A DNA stretch of 64,000 bases. Source: the human T2T-CHM13v2.0 reference genome, Homo sapiens. How positions within the stretch are numbered: the first letter of the stretch is position 1; each line of letters opens with the position of its first letter. A program made the translations under genes and the position numbers. The stretch is taken from NCBI RefSeq assembly GCF_009914755.1, contig NC_060947.1. One strand, written 5' to 3'. The notes beneath the pieces were generated by a model. It did no database searches, had not been told where the DNA came from, and saw only the letters and a program-made list of their open reading frames with translations. Shown here piece after piece: positions 16,400-38,367 of this stretch.

Positions 16400-18950
16400 A
16401 AAACGGCCCCGGAGGAATCGCTTGGAGAAATCGCTTGCCGTTTGATGGAATGACTCCCGAAAAGGAAGCAGGAGGATGGGATCCAGAGTCCCCGTCAACC
16501 AACCATCCCAGCCCTGGAATCCAACACGGATTCCACAGGACGCCCTCTCGGTCGCATTCCTATCCCGCTAGGGGGCTGGCAATGGCCACACAAGGTTTCC
16601 AAACAGCGGGAACAAGAGACGAGGAGTGGCAGCCGGGAACTGAGAGGGAAGAAGGCGGAGGACAGCGAACGGGAGAAGCCGAGGGCCCCGCGCACCCCCG
16701 GAGAAGGGCCGGGGAGAGAGGACCAGGAGCTCCGCCAGGGTGGGGCAAGATTTGCGTCCCCGCCCTGCCCCTCGGCTCCCGCACCAGGTGGCCAGAGGAG
16801 CTCGGCTCACAGCGTGAAGTCAGTCCCCGGATTCCTGGGAATTCTCCCCCGTGCCCAGCCCCTCCTTCCCCCGCCCCCGCCCCCGCCCCGGAGTTCTCGC
16901 CGATCCCTGCACGGGTTCCCCCACGTTCTCCCAAGCCAACACCCCTCCTGCAAAGCACTTGATTCCTTCCCAGTCCAGACCAATAAACCCGGGAGTTGAA
17001 TCCAGGCCACTAAACGCATACCTGTCTGAGCCCTGTCTGCTCCTGGGTGCCTTGACCTTGACCTCCCTCCACTTAGCCCTAGGAGGTCTCAGCCCACAGC
17101 ATCCGGGACATTTCTCTAGACAGTCTGCAGGGTGCACACAGAAAGTACACAAATGCGGGGCCGGGGGAGCCTCCGCGCACACAGAGACGGGGCACAGGAA
17201 CGCACTCACGTAGTCACGCCACGCACAGGCAAGAAGCCCCGTTCCGGGCCGCGGGGCTGGGCTCCAGGTCCGAGCTCCGGGCCCCGCGTCTCCTTCCCTC
17301 CCCGCGGGGCCCTGCTGGTCCACGCCCCGCAAAGCCCGGCCAGGCACTGCCACCCGCAGAGAGCCCAACCCGCTGATCCCGGCGGCGCCCACTCACCCGA
17401 GACGCCTAAGGCCCGGGAGCCCATCGTTCGGGCAGGGCCAGGCGGGAGTGGGTGTCGGGGTGGGCACCCAGCCCCCGGACGGACTTGGACCGCGCCCGGG
17501 GACGCCCACGCACTCCCACGCTCCAGGCCCGCCGGGATCTAGATTCGGCGCCCCCCGCACGGCGGGAGCCTGGCTCCCTCCCCCGCCCTGGGTCCTGCGG
17601 GGAGAGCGTGTGCGGGGAACTGCGCTCGTTGCTATGCAACCTCCATCCCGCGCCCGCCGCACCGCGCCTCCCGGGACGGAAGCGCGCCCCACCCGGGCCA
17701 ACCCCAACTTCCCACCCCACCCGTGGCTGGTTCCCACGGAGCGCCAACACCCAACAGCCCCAGGATGGGAGGGTGCGGACGGCTCCCTACCTTGTCCTCC
17801 TCGAGCCCTCCCGCTCTCCCACGCCCGCCGCTCCGGGCCTCCCCACTGGCCCGCTCCTCCCCGCGGAGGGCCGCGCCCCCGCCGCAGCGCCGGCGGCCCT
17901 ACCTGCAGCATCACTTTGTACTGCTCCTCCGGTTTCTGGACCACGCACATATTACATCCCATGTTGCTGGCCGGCGAGAGGAGGCGGAGGGCGGGAACGG
18001 GAAGACGCCTTTCACTGACCCGGGCGCGGGACCTCGGGTCCCGGGCCGGGGCCAGGGGCCATACCCTGGCGCGGGGGGCGGGCCGCCTAGCGGGGGAGGG
18101 GGGCACGCCCCCGAGGTGGGGGCAGCGGCTCGCCCCTCAGGTTAACTCTTCGCTGGCCGAGGCCAGGCGCGGGCATGCTCCCTCGCACCCGGCCAGGAGA
18201 AAAAGGGCAGCGGGGGATGGGCGGGCGCGCCGGGCGTTGCCAGGCTACGGCCCCCCAGGGAGCGCGGGGGCGCGCCGGGCCGCCAGGGGCCGTCAGGGGC
18301 CGTGGGCCGCGCGCCTCCCCGCCCGCGGGGCCCGCCGCTGCCGCTGCCGCCTCCGGCTCCTGCCCATGGCCGCCAGCCCCGGGAGCCCGGCCCTCGCGCT
18401 CGGCGCCGCGGCCCGGCCCGCGACAGGGGGGCAGCGGCGCGGCGGCGGCCCCCGCCCGCGGCCAGGCCAGCGCCCGCGCTCCCGCCTCGCCCGGCCGCGC
18501 TCTCGGAGCTCCCGGCGCCCGCTCTTCGTCCAGCAGCCGCTGGCCGTCTCCAGCTCCCGCCCGGGACGACGGGCACGCGAGCGCGCCCACGGCGGCGGGG
18601 GAGGGGCGCGGGCACGGGGCGCACGCGCGCCGGGAGGGGCGGGGAGGGGAGCGGGGCCGGCTGCGGGAGGGAGCGGCGGGGGCGCTGGAGCCGGCGCGGG
18701 AAGCCGGGGGCGGGCGCTCGACGGAAGCGGGCGGGGGTCCTAGGCACCCCACGACACCCGGCGTCCGGTCCTGAGGGGCGGGCACCAGGCGCGTTGTCTG
18801 CGCGATGCCGCTCTGGGAGAGAGGGGTCCTGCCAGGAGGAGCAGTCTCCTGGGTCCCCCAGAGAGAGTCCGCGATTTCAGCCCCTCTCCCCGGTCTTGGA
18901 CGCAGCAGCCCTCACGCCTCTGCTCCTTCCTCGGGCTTCGCCTTAAATGA
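16400..18950. promoter_or_regulatory. PDZD4: CpG island promoter/first exon region of PDZD4
   Basis: Very high GC/CpG density, many GC boxes, spans the first coding exon. Confidence 0.9.
17903..17962 (-). CDS. PDZD4: PDZD4 (PDZ domain containing 4) first coding exon, MGCNMCVVQKPEEQYKVMLQ; downstream exons lie left of the window
   Basis: ATG in strong Kozak context (CAACATGG), 20 codons, then CAG|GTAGG donor; peptide recognised as PDZD4 N-terminus; neighbour of L1CAM. Confidence 0.88.
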
Positions 18951-20688
18951 CTGCATCCCTCCTTCAACTCAGCCATTCCCTGCTGTCTTTGAAACGGACA
19001 CCTTTGTTTAAAACAAGAAAGAAAGAGAGAAAGGGAGGAAAGAAAAGAAAGAGAGAAAGAAAAAAGGATGAGCGAAGCGTGGGGAGGGGGTGGGTCGTGG
19101 GGAGAGTGGCCTCGGAGGCCTTGGGACCCGGGCCTGCACACAGCACTGGCCAGCCTGGGCCCGCCGCCTACCTGTTCCTCAGCCCCAGCCCTCACCCGGT
19201 CCCCGCTTTCACAGCCCTTCCATCTCTTCCTCTTCTCTCCCACCACCTCCCCGTCTTCTTGGACAAGCCTGGAGGGAGAAGGCCTTTGCCTGGAAAGCAG
19301 CAGCGGGTGGAAGTCTGCGTTCCCAGAGGCTGCCCCGGCTGCAGGAGATCACTTGGAGAAATTGCTACATGCTTCATTTCCAGGTTTGGGCAAGTGAGGG
19401 AACCCCCAGCCACACGGGGCTGTTGAATCGGAGCCCTTCCTTTCCTCCCTGGCTCCTCGTTAGAAGAGAAATCAAGAATGGCGGGCCTGCCCAGAATGTG
19501 GAGAAGAGAGGCGAGTTTCTTATCCAGGGCTTCTCCCAGAAAGCAGAACTTGAGACAAGGGCTGGTGTGCAGGTTGCAACCTGCCACCCAATGGCTGGCT
19601 AGTCTTGAGGAATGGCGTCATATTGAGGGCTCAGCATCGGTCTCTGCAGCTGGTGGATGGAAGAACATTCACTAGCGGCAGTGTCTAGATGAGCCGTGGT
19701 AAGAGGAAGCCCTTGCCGTTGGGCTTATACAGAGCCTCCAGCCCTCCCACCATGGCCACTGGCATCGTGGGTCCATCGCATCCTGGGGAGAAGCTGGCTG
19801 ACCTCCACCAGATGGTCCCCTCTGTTCGCTAGCTTCTGGCGCGCCCCCTCCACACTGCATGCTCCCCAGCGGCATGGGCGCGAAGACGAGCACGGGGCCC
19901 CACACTCTCCCTGAGCACTCCCGTAGGTACCTCTTCGCCAAACCTGTCTCTTCTTCCAATCTTCCTCCACCCGGGTCCCTGACCAGTCAGCCCAGCCATT
20001 TTCCACTGCCCGGGGGTCATGGACACCTTCATCTCAGGCCATTTCTCCCTCTACAAAGTAGACAACCTAGTGTCTTGCTCCCCTAGAGGATGTCCCCTCA
20101 CTGCTGTCTCTCAGGGCCACCCTGCAAAGGGCCTCAGTGTGACAGCAGGTGTTTTTCCTAGTGGTGACATGAGATGACCAGTCGAGGACCTGGGTCTGAG
20201 TCAGTCATGGGGACATCCCATCACCACCTCCCATGAGGCCATAGGTGTGAGCTGAAGGGGCATACCAGTGTGAAAGAGCCGGGTGACCGGGGGTCTGGAC
20301 TGCCTGGGCCTCAATGTGCCATCTCCACCTCAATATTCAGTTCACAATGGGTGGCTTGGGTCACACAGGCCCTGGATGCCCCATGATCAGGCTGTAAGTC
20401 TCTCCTAGGTCCCAGTAGCATGGCCACAGCTATGCTTTTTTCAGTGGTGAGTGAGTAGCTCTGCCACCGAAGGTGTGGCCCTGCCACAGCCTCTATGGTC
20501 CCTGCTGGGATCCTTCCATTGAGGCTTCCTGAGGGTTCCGCACAGCATCCTGGCCTACCATGGACAGATCCCTCCAGCACCGTTAGGTTGGCGGGCTCTC
20601 GCTGCTGGTGGCAGAGCAGCTTGCCCCGCAGCCCAGTCCTCCTGCAGGGTCCTTTCTTGCTCTGGATCCCACTCAAAACAGGTCTCAG

Positions 20689-20858
20689 TTAGCCGGGCGT
20701 GGTGGCACGCACCTGTAGTCCCAGCTACTCAGGAGGCTGAGGCGGGAGGATGGCTGGCCCCAGGAATTCAATGTTACAAGGAGCTGTGGTTGCACCACTG
20801 CACTCCAGCCGGGGCCACAGAGTGAGACTCAGTCTCTAAAACAACAAAACAAAAAAAG
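20689..20858 (+). mobile_element. Alu right monomer (AluJ/FRAM-like)
   Basis: ttagccgggcgtggtggcacgcacctgtagtcccagctactc...A-rich tail. Confidence 0.85.
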
Positions 20859-21442
20859 AACCGGTCTCGCCTGTGTGTCCGAAACCCCGCTCCATTAGAC
20901 ATTCCACCAGTTTGGTGATCTACCCAGCATCATGCCAGATAAATCCATTTTCTTGCTAAAGTTAGAGTCAGCTTCTCCCTGTAATCAGAAAACCCTAACA
21001 AATATACAGCCCTGGGAGAGCGTCCGGGAGGAAGGACATGAGAGACAGCTGATCATGGGGCAGTTACTGCGCTTGACAGTGCAGCTTGAGGACAGTGCAG
21101 TGACATCCCAGCACAGCAGTCAGGCTGGAGCGGGCGATTGCGCTCAAGATAGAGACAGGGTGAGGGCGGCACCACCATGCTCCCCGGGGCACTCCAGCAT
21201 TCTTTAACCTGAAGATGGGTACCCAGGTGAGTCTGGCCCAGATTCCTATCTGGATGGGTCCTATCTTACTCTGTGCTGATGAGGTAGGTCCCTGCTCTCC
21301 CTCCACGTCCCAGAGCTTGGACCCACTGAGGATGCCATGACACCCCACAGAAGGGCTCCACTCTGACCCACCATAGAGAGCTGCAAAAAGGCCATGGTGC
21401 TCTTAGAAGCAGGACACACAGAAGATCCCACCCTTCTGACTA

Positions 21443-22088
<646 letters not shown>

Positions 22089-22519
22089 TATTTTTTCCAC
22101 TGGATGCGTGCAATCCCCAGTCCCCAGCCCAGCCGTGTCAGATGTGTGAGTGGGGACCCATGTTTCCCAGGAGTCTCTAACGACCTTGCCCACTGGCTTT
22201 TCCAGAAGGGACTGTCAGGGAGGCTGAAGCCAGACCACGACCCAGAAACTCTGTCCAGCTCCCTTCTCCTGGGAGCCTTGGCCTGGAGTAACCGGGTTGC
22301 CCTTTCCTTACTTGGCCATGAGCTGAGTTTGCTGCTTTGTTTTCTCTCTCTCCATGGGTCGTGCTGTTGGCCTTGTATCTAAAGAAGTCATCACCAAACC
22401 CAGTGTCACCTGATGTTCCCATGTTATCCTCTAGGATTCGATAGTTTTGTGTTTTACATTTGAGTCCATGATCTGTTTTGAGATAATGTTTGTGAAGGAT
22501 GGAAGGTCTGTCTCAGATC

Positions 22520-22820
22520 ATTTTTCTCACAGTTCTGGAGGCTGGGAAGCCCAAGATCACAGTGCCAACTGGTTCCATGCCTGGTGAAGGTCTGTTCCAT
22601 CAATGATATCTTCTCATGATGTCCTTACGTGTTGGAAAAGGGGAGTAAAGCAAGACCACTGCATGAAGCCTCTTTTATCAGGGCACTAATCCTGTTCATG
22701 AGAGTAGAGCCCTCATGACCGAATCACCTCTCAAAGGCCCCACCCTGCGATACCATCATCTTGATAATTAGGTTTCAGCATATGAATTTTGGAAGGCCAC
22801 ATACCTTCAAGCCACAGCAG
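22520..22820. mobile_element. MaLR LTR fragment (MST/MLT1A-like) inside antisense L1
   Basis: tctcacagttctggaggctgggaagcccaagatca...gccctcatgacc...aatcacctc...tttcagcatatgaattttgg. Confidence 0.75.
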
Positions 22821-22831
22821 TCTGTGCCTAG

Positions 22832-28740
<5,909 letters not shown>

Positions 28741-28857
28741 GACATTTATGGACATTCTAATATTAAATCACCTTGCTTTACTGACATTCGCTGAACTTGG
28801 TCATTATTGGCTATTTTCCTTTATACACATTTGGATTTGGTTTAGAAAAATTTTTGT

Positions 28858-29773
28858 GAGAGTGGGGACGTCCAGCTTCGGAGCGGGAATCTTCGCTGCG
28901 CCAGCGACTAAAAGGAGAATTAAATATGGGTGATGTTGAGAAAGGCAAGAAGATTTTTATTATGAAGTGTTCCCAGTGCCACACCGTTGAAAAGGGAGGC
29001 AAGCACAAGACTGGGCCAAATCTCCAAGGCCTCTTCGGGCGGAAGACAGGTCAGGCCGCTGGATACTCTTACACGGTTGCCAGTAAGAACAAAGGCATCA
29101 CCTGGGGAGAGGATACACTGATGGAGTATTTGGAGAATCCCAAGAAGCACATACCTGAAACAAAAATGATCTTTGTCGGCATTAAGAAGAAGGAAGAAAG
29201 GGCAGACTCGATAGCTTTTCTCAAAAAAGCTACTAATGAGTAATAATTGGCCACTGCCTTGTTTATTACAAAACAGAAATGTCTCATGACTTTTGTATGC
29301 ATACCATCCTTTAATAGATCTCATACACCAGAATTCAGATCATGAATGACTGACAGAATATTTTGTTGAGCAGTCCTGATTTAAAACTAAGACTGGTTTG
29401 TGGTTAAATGAATACGTTCAGTTCTTGAATTTTAATAGTAACTCCAATTCAGTAAATGCTATCACTGTTTACCCCTTCTAAAGATATGATTAGACTTCGT
29501 TAGTAATGTTCAACTTTTCACAAAGATGGTGAGTGCCGTCTTAAAACTTACTGGAGATTGGTTTTATATTTAGATTTATATGACTGGTTATGTGAATATA
29601 TGTAAATACTGGGGAAATTCCTTCACTGTCTTAGAACCAAGCAAGATTCACCTGTGTTTTGTGTTCATTTGCCTCTTAAAGGCAACGGTTGAAGGTAAAT
29701 AAGGGAGCAATGTCTATAGTTTTGGCCTTAACTATGCCAATCTAATTAGAATTCCCTGCATTAAAAAAAAAAA
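28858..29773 (+). pseudogene. CYCSP45: Processed retrocopy of somatic cytochrome c (CYCS); intact ORF 28926-29243; probably the annotated Xq28 CYCS pseudogene
   Basis: 105-aa cytochrome c ORF with CSQCH and Met80, intronless, CYCS-like 5' and 3'UTR, poly(A) 29763-29773, 14-bp TSD AGAAAAATTTTTGT at 28844-28857 and 29774-29787; pseudogene number is from memory. Confidence 0.93.
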
Positions 29774-30040
29774 AGAAAAATTTTTGTTTAGGACTTTTGT
29801 CTCTGTATTCCAGACCAAAATGGACCTACAATCTTCCTATCTTGTTCTGTTTTTGCCTAGTTAATATTAAGGTTTTGTTGGGTAATGGTCCTTCCTTTTC
29901 AATTCTCTGGCAGAGTCTGTAGAGTTGCTAGAACTTGTCTGTAAAACCATGCGGGCCGGCTGTTTTATTTGTGGGAAGATTTTTAAACCGCTGCTTCAAT
30001 CTGTTTTATACTTTTAGGGTTACTAGGGCTCGCTTGCTTG

Positions 30041-30816
<776 letters not shown>

Positions 30817-31657
30817 TAATCACATTACCCACTTTAAAGCATACATACAATTCGGTGGTTGTTAGTATACTCACAATGTTGTGCCACCATCACTAATAAT
30901 TCCAGAACATTTTCATCACCCCAAAAAGAAACCCCTTACTTGTTAGCAATCAATCTCCGTTCCCCCCTCCTCTAGCCCCTGGCAACCATTCATCTCCTTG
31001 CTGTCTCTATGGATTTGCCTATTCTGATCTTTTATATGAATGGAATCATACGCTATGTGGCCTTTTGTGTGTAGCTTCTTTCACTCAGCACAATGCTTCC
31101 AAGGCTCATCTGTGTTGTGGCATGGGTCAGTATTTTATTTCTTTTTATGCCTGAATAGTATATCAAATGATGAGACCAAATCATTGTACTGTTCTTGCAA
31201 CTTTTCTGTAGGTTTTTACATTTTCAAAGTAAGAAGTTGAAAAGAAAAAACTTATCTTAAGCAATCATTGGATTAAAGAGGAGAGCATACAGAAGCGACA
31301 AGCTTCGAGAGCATCGTGAAAAGAAGAACACGTCTTACCCCAACCTCTACACACAACTCAAGCTTTCCACGAGGGGCAGTTAGAATAGTCAAGATATGCA
31401 TGATTAAGGAGGATAGATCAAAAGTCAACGACAACCAGAAAAAGAATGAGAGAAGCCAAAGGGGAAACAAAGGAAGGGGGAAAAAGAGAATAAAGATTAA
31501 AAACATAAAATAGTAAAAATTGTAAATAAATACAAAAGCTGATTCTTTAACAACAGAAAAAAATTGATAATTTCCTAACAGAATATAACTTTCTGAAAAC
31601 CCAACAAGAACTAGAAAATTTGAGTCTACAAATTACCATTTTAAAGTAGAGAAGGAA

Positions 31658-31992
<335 letters not shown>

Positions 31993-33344
31993 CTAAGTAG
32001 TTTCAAAGCCAAGTCCTATATAATCTTTCAAGACAAAATAATTCTGATATCATTTAAACTATTCCAGTCCACACAAAAACATTTCATAAAGCCAACAATA
32101 CCTAAACCTAGGTTGATGCCCAAACCTCCTAAACAGAGTACAAAAAGAAACCTGTGAACAACTGTCACTTCTGATTACAAATGCAAAAATTATAAATAAA
32201 AGATAAGCACATGGATTCCAGCGATATAGCAAAAGAATAAGACATTATGTCTGAGCAAGACATAATATTCTATTATTATGAATAGAATAGAATTTCGGGT
32301 CTACTCCAGAAATACAGAGGTGATTGAACATCAGGAAATCTTTCCACAGAATTCATTACTCAGCAAATTAAAGGAGGAAACTCACAGGATCACTAGTTGC
32401 TGACTAGGCATTTGATGCATTTCGACAGGCGTTCCTTGAAAAAGAAAGAACATCTCTTCTAAAAGGATACTGGGTAGAAACACGTAAAGGTGGTAGTGAG
32501 AGACAGCATTTCCACTCTTCTGCATAGCAACACAAAAGCAACGGGGTGCATGGAAACCCCCTGCCAACTCCATTGTTGGCCAAAGGAGGAGTCAGACAGC
32601 CTCCTAGCAAGCAAAGCAGAAATCTTTCCCAAGCCCCAGGTCCTGAAGATATTCTCCTGTTGTCTTCTACAAGCTTTATTGTTTTGCCTTTTGTTCTTAG
32701 ATCTACAACATACCTGGAATTGATTTTTTTGTGTATAATGTCAGGCAGTGGTCAAAATTTGTTTTTTCTTTAAAAAAAAAAAACAAAAAGACTTCCAGGC
32801 TGAAGATCCTCAAGAAGGATTCTGTAGGGTCTTATTACAAGGTCCATTTTGGGTCTTGTTTTTAAGCAATGCCAGGAAGCTGACCAAAGTACTCTCTTCC
32901 TTTAAAAGCAACAGTGCATTGAGATGCATCTCCCTTTGAGGGCAGAGGCATTTGCTTACACATATCGGAACTTGGGCACTTTTACATTGCAAGGGAGCCA
33001 TTGGCAATTCTCTGGTCCCATCACAATTGCCTGCTGGAGAAAATGCACAGTGTGAACCCCTGGGGAGGGGATATTGCCAATTCTATGACTTGCACAACTC
33101 GCAAATCAAGTCCTTCCTCTCCTTTCATGCCTTCATGGTCTCAGTGCCCGCCCTCTGCATCCTTGGGACGAGGCCATGACCCAAAGGGGCTGCTAGGGCG
33201 CTAGTCTTCTTCCTTTCTGTCTTTGCAATGCCTCCAGTGGGTTACCTGTGATGCACACCGCATTCTGGTTTAATGCGTATTCAATTATAAATTGTTTTCT
33301 TTCTCTTCTACTTTTGTGGAGAGGTTTTCTGGGTTGGGAGAAGA

Positions 33345-33560
33345 TTTTGTTTTTAATTAAATTTCCCCAACATACTCCATAGCAATGGGGAAAGGAGTTG
33401 TTCCCTTTCCCCATTGCTATGGAGTATGTTGGGGAAATGTAACTCATCTGACCAGGCACTTTCTCAGGCATCAGTCCCAATCAAGTTATGTTATTATAAC
33501 AGGTGTTGTCCTTTCCCCATTGCTATGGAGTATGTTGGGGAAATTTAATTAAAAACAAAA
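33345..33560. repeat. Perfect inverted-repeat cluster (35-bp palindrome arms with 8-nt loop; 52-bp inverted copy)
   Basis: 33361-33395 is the exact reverse complement of 33404-33438; 33345-33396 is the exact reverse complement of 33509-33560. Confidence 0.95.
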
Positions 33561-33913
33561 GACAGAAAGGGCCTCACTCTTCTATACAGCTAAGTGGGTC
33601 TGTATCCACTACAGTAGGCAGGTTTCACAATTCGGAGCCAGGTGGCAGCTGAAACTGAGAGATGAAGAGAGTTATCTTCCTGGATGATTAATTACATTTC
33701 GAAAAGCTGGCTCCCGGATCCCAGAGGAGAGGAAACATTCCTGAGTTGTGAAACTGGCCAGAGCTTCTTTAGCCATTAAAAACATCTACATACATTTGAA
33801 AAGGACAGAGAAAGAAATTCCAAAAGATAAAGGAAAAAGGTGCAGGGAGTCTCTTACCTTATTTTCAACAGAGAGAATTAAGCCTCTTGTTTTTAATCTG
33901 TATTTGCCCTTAC
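33533..33913 (-). mobile_element. ERV1-class LTR (MER34/MER4-group-like), 3' LTR of the adjacent provirus
   Basis: Minus strand begins TGTAAGGGCAAATAC...AAGAGGCTTAATTCTC and ends ...CCCCAACA; preceded by purine tract AGGAAGAAGAT; family from memory. Confidence 0.65.
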
Positions 33914-34380
33914 AATCTTCTTCCTGTGTTACTATGAAATAATAACATTGCGATATTTAATTAACACCATTGTTGCTTTTACCTTCTTCTGGGCAAGTTG
34001 CAGATGCCTAAATATCCAGCTAGCCCGTAGTAAAATGCAAAACAATGACCACAATTGCAATAGCATCAGTTTTTGAATTCAGTACAATACTTGCCTTGGA
34101 GGACAACCTTCAAATATATCACATCAATGGTTCAGGGTTCAATCAGATTCTTTGTAGGCAAATGTGTAAACATTTCCCTCCATCACACATTAATTGTACT
34201 AGCTGTCATGACATCTTCATTGCCTGAGCTTTCAAATGGCTAACCATTTGAATATTATTTCATGGCTCCTTACAAAATCTTATCCAATCCAAGCTTAAGG
34301 AGTAGTTTAACTCTGGAGTCTTATAAATTTTTAATGAAAAGTTTTCCTTGTAAGACCCCCAGAATTTCTTGAGTTTTCAT

Positions 34381-35613
<1,233 letters not shown>

Positions 35614-36442
35614 TGAGGAAAACTCATCCTATCGGCACTTTCTCAGGCATCAGTCCCAATCAAGTTATGTTATTATAACAGCCTATTAAGTCTCCCTGGA
35701 TAACAGACAACCCTTTGTTTATCTATCCATACTGGGACTGGAGAGAACTTACATTGTACAATTAATGAAGTGACACTATACCTGTCTTCGCAGCCTCTGT
35801 CTATATATGCCAGCTTTCTATTTGTCTATTGATTAGATGCTGTTCTTTTCATCTGTTCTATAGTCATACTCCCAATATCTAATTGTTTCCTTAAATATGA
35901 ATAGACCTGCTAATGATGATATTGTAGAACTGTTTTGTAGCTAATCGCTGCTGGGCTATGAGTGAGGGCCTCCTACAGCTTGATGAGATTATGTCTTCCC
36001 AGCATTAAATTATTCCAAACAGATCAATTTCAAAGTTAACAAATAACATGTTTGTTAGTAAAAATGTGAGTCTTACAGTAATTCAAATAACTACTACTGT
36101 GGATAGAGCAGCCAATATCAGTTACAGGAAAAGTCCTTTGTGGCAACCACAATGCAATCCTCCCAAGAGTCCAGCTGCGTTTTTCTTTCTCTCCGATGGC
36201 CCTGTAGGTGATCAGTAGCATTTGAAAACATTCCTCTCAGCACAGTGGCAGCCCAGGCCTTTCCCCTGGAAAAGCTTTGATGCAGAGGAAACCTCCCAGT
36301 CAACTGGGATGGTGGACTTCTTTGGAGGGTTACCTCCAGATCCTTCTGACTTTTTAAGTCTCATGGTTTCTAAAGAAGAGAAAAGCCCTATTAAGTATTG
36401 AGTATGATTACGGGAGGATTCAGTTAAATCAGGCACAGGAAG

Positions 36443-36957
<515 letters not shown>

Positions 36958-37468
36958 CTACTGGATGACAGTAGGAATAAAATGACTTTTTCTGTCTGAT
37001 TCAAATGCTCTGGTATTCCAAAAGGGAGATTCATATTTATTAAGAGAGTCTTTCCCGTTGTTTATACTTCCTGCCTAAGGATCAGCTTCTTTTTCTCTTT
37101 CTTCACAGCTGACAACAGATGCCCTAATTGTTTCACCTCAGGTTAGCACTATTGCAATTTGTCTAGCAAGACCTTATGTCCCCGCCAGATGAGAAATTGC
37201 AGTAAAGCCAAAGCATCAGTTTTGCATTGCTCTTCAGTTTCTGAGGCTACTAGTAGCAAGTCGTCTACATAGCAAATAATCATAGATCCCTCTGGTGGGA
37301 GAAATTCCTCTAAGTGTTTCTGTAAATGACTAGAGAAAATAATGGGAGCATTCAAAACCCTTGAGGAATTCTTTGCCATAAATATCAGACTTTCTCATAA
37401 GCAAAAGCAAACAAGAATTTAGATTCATCTGCTAGAGGAATGGAAAGACAGAAAATGCAGAAAATTGA

Positions 37469-38367
<899 letters not shown>

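Noticed and set aside
17448-18946. Long ORFs (up to 431 aa) on both strands over the PDZD4 CpG island
   Set aside because: Arg/Gly/Pro/Ala-rich products expected from stop-poor GC-rich DNA; no recognisable domain apart from the 20-codon PDZD4 exon
32780-33200. Unassigned ~420-bp segment between an L1 fragment and the inverted LTR piece
   Set aside because: Not recognisable as a gene, pseudogene or repeat; needs a genome search (could be a further templated insertion)
33345-33560. Repeat-spacer-like pattern suggestive of CRISPR or a miRNA gene
   Set aside because: Eukaryotic context, only three copies in mixed orientation, derived from an LTR end and its flank; better explained as a rearrangement scar
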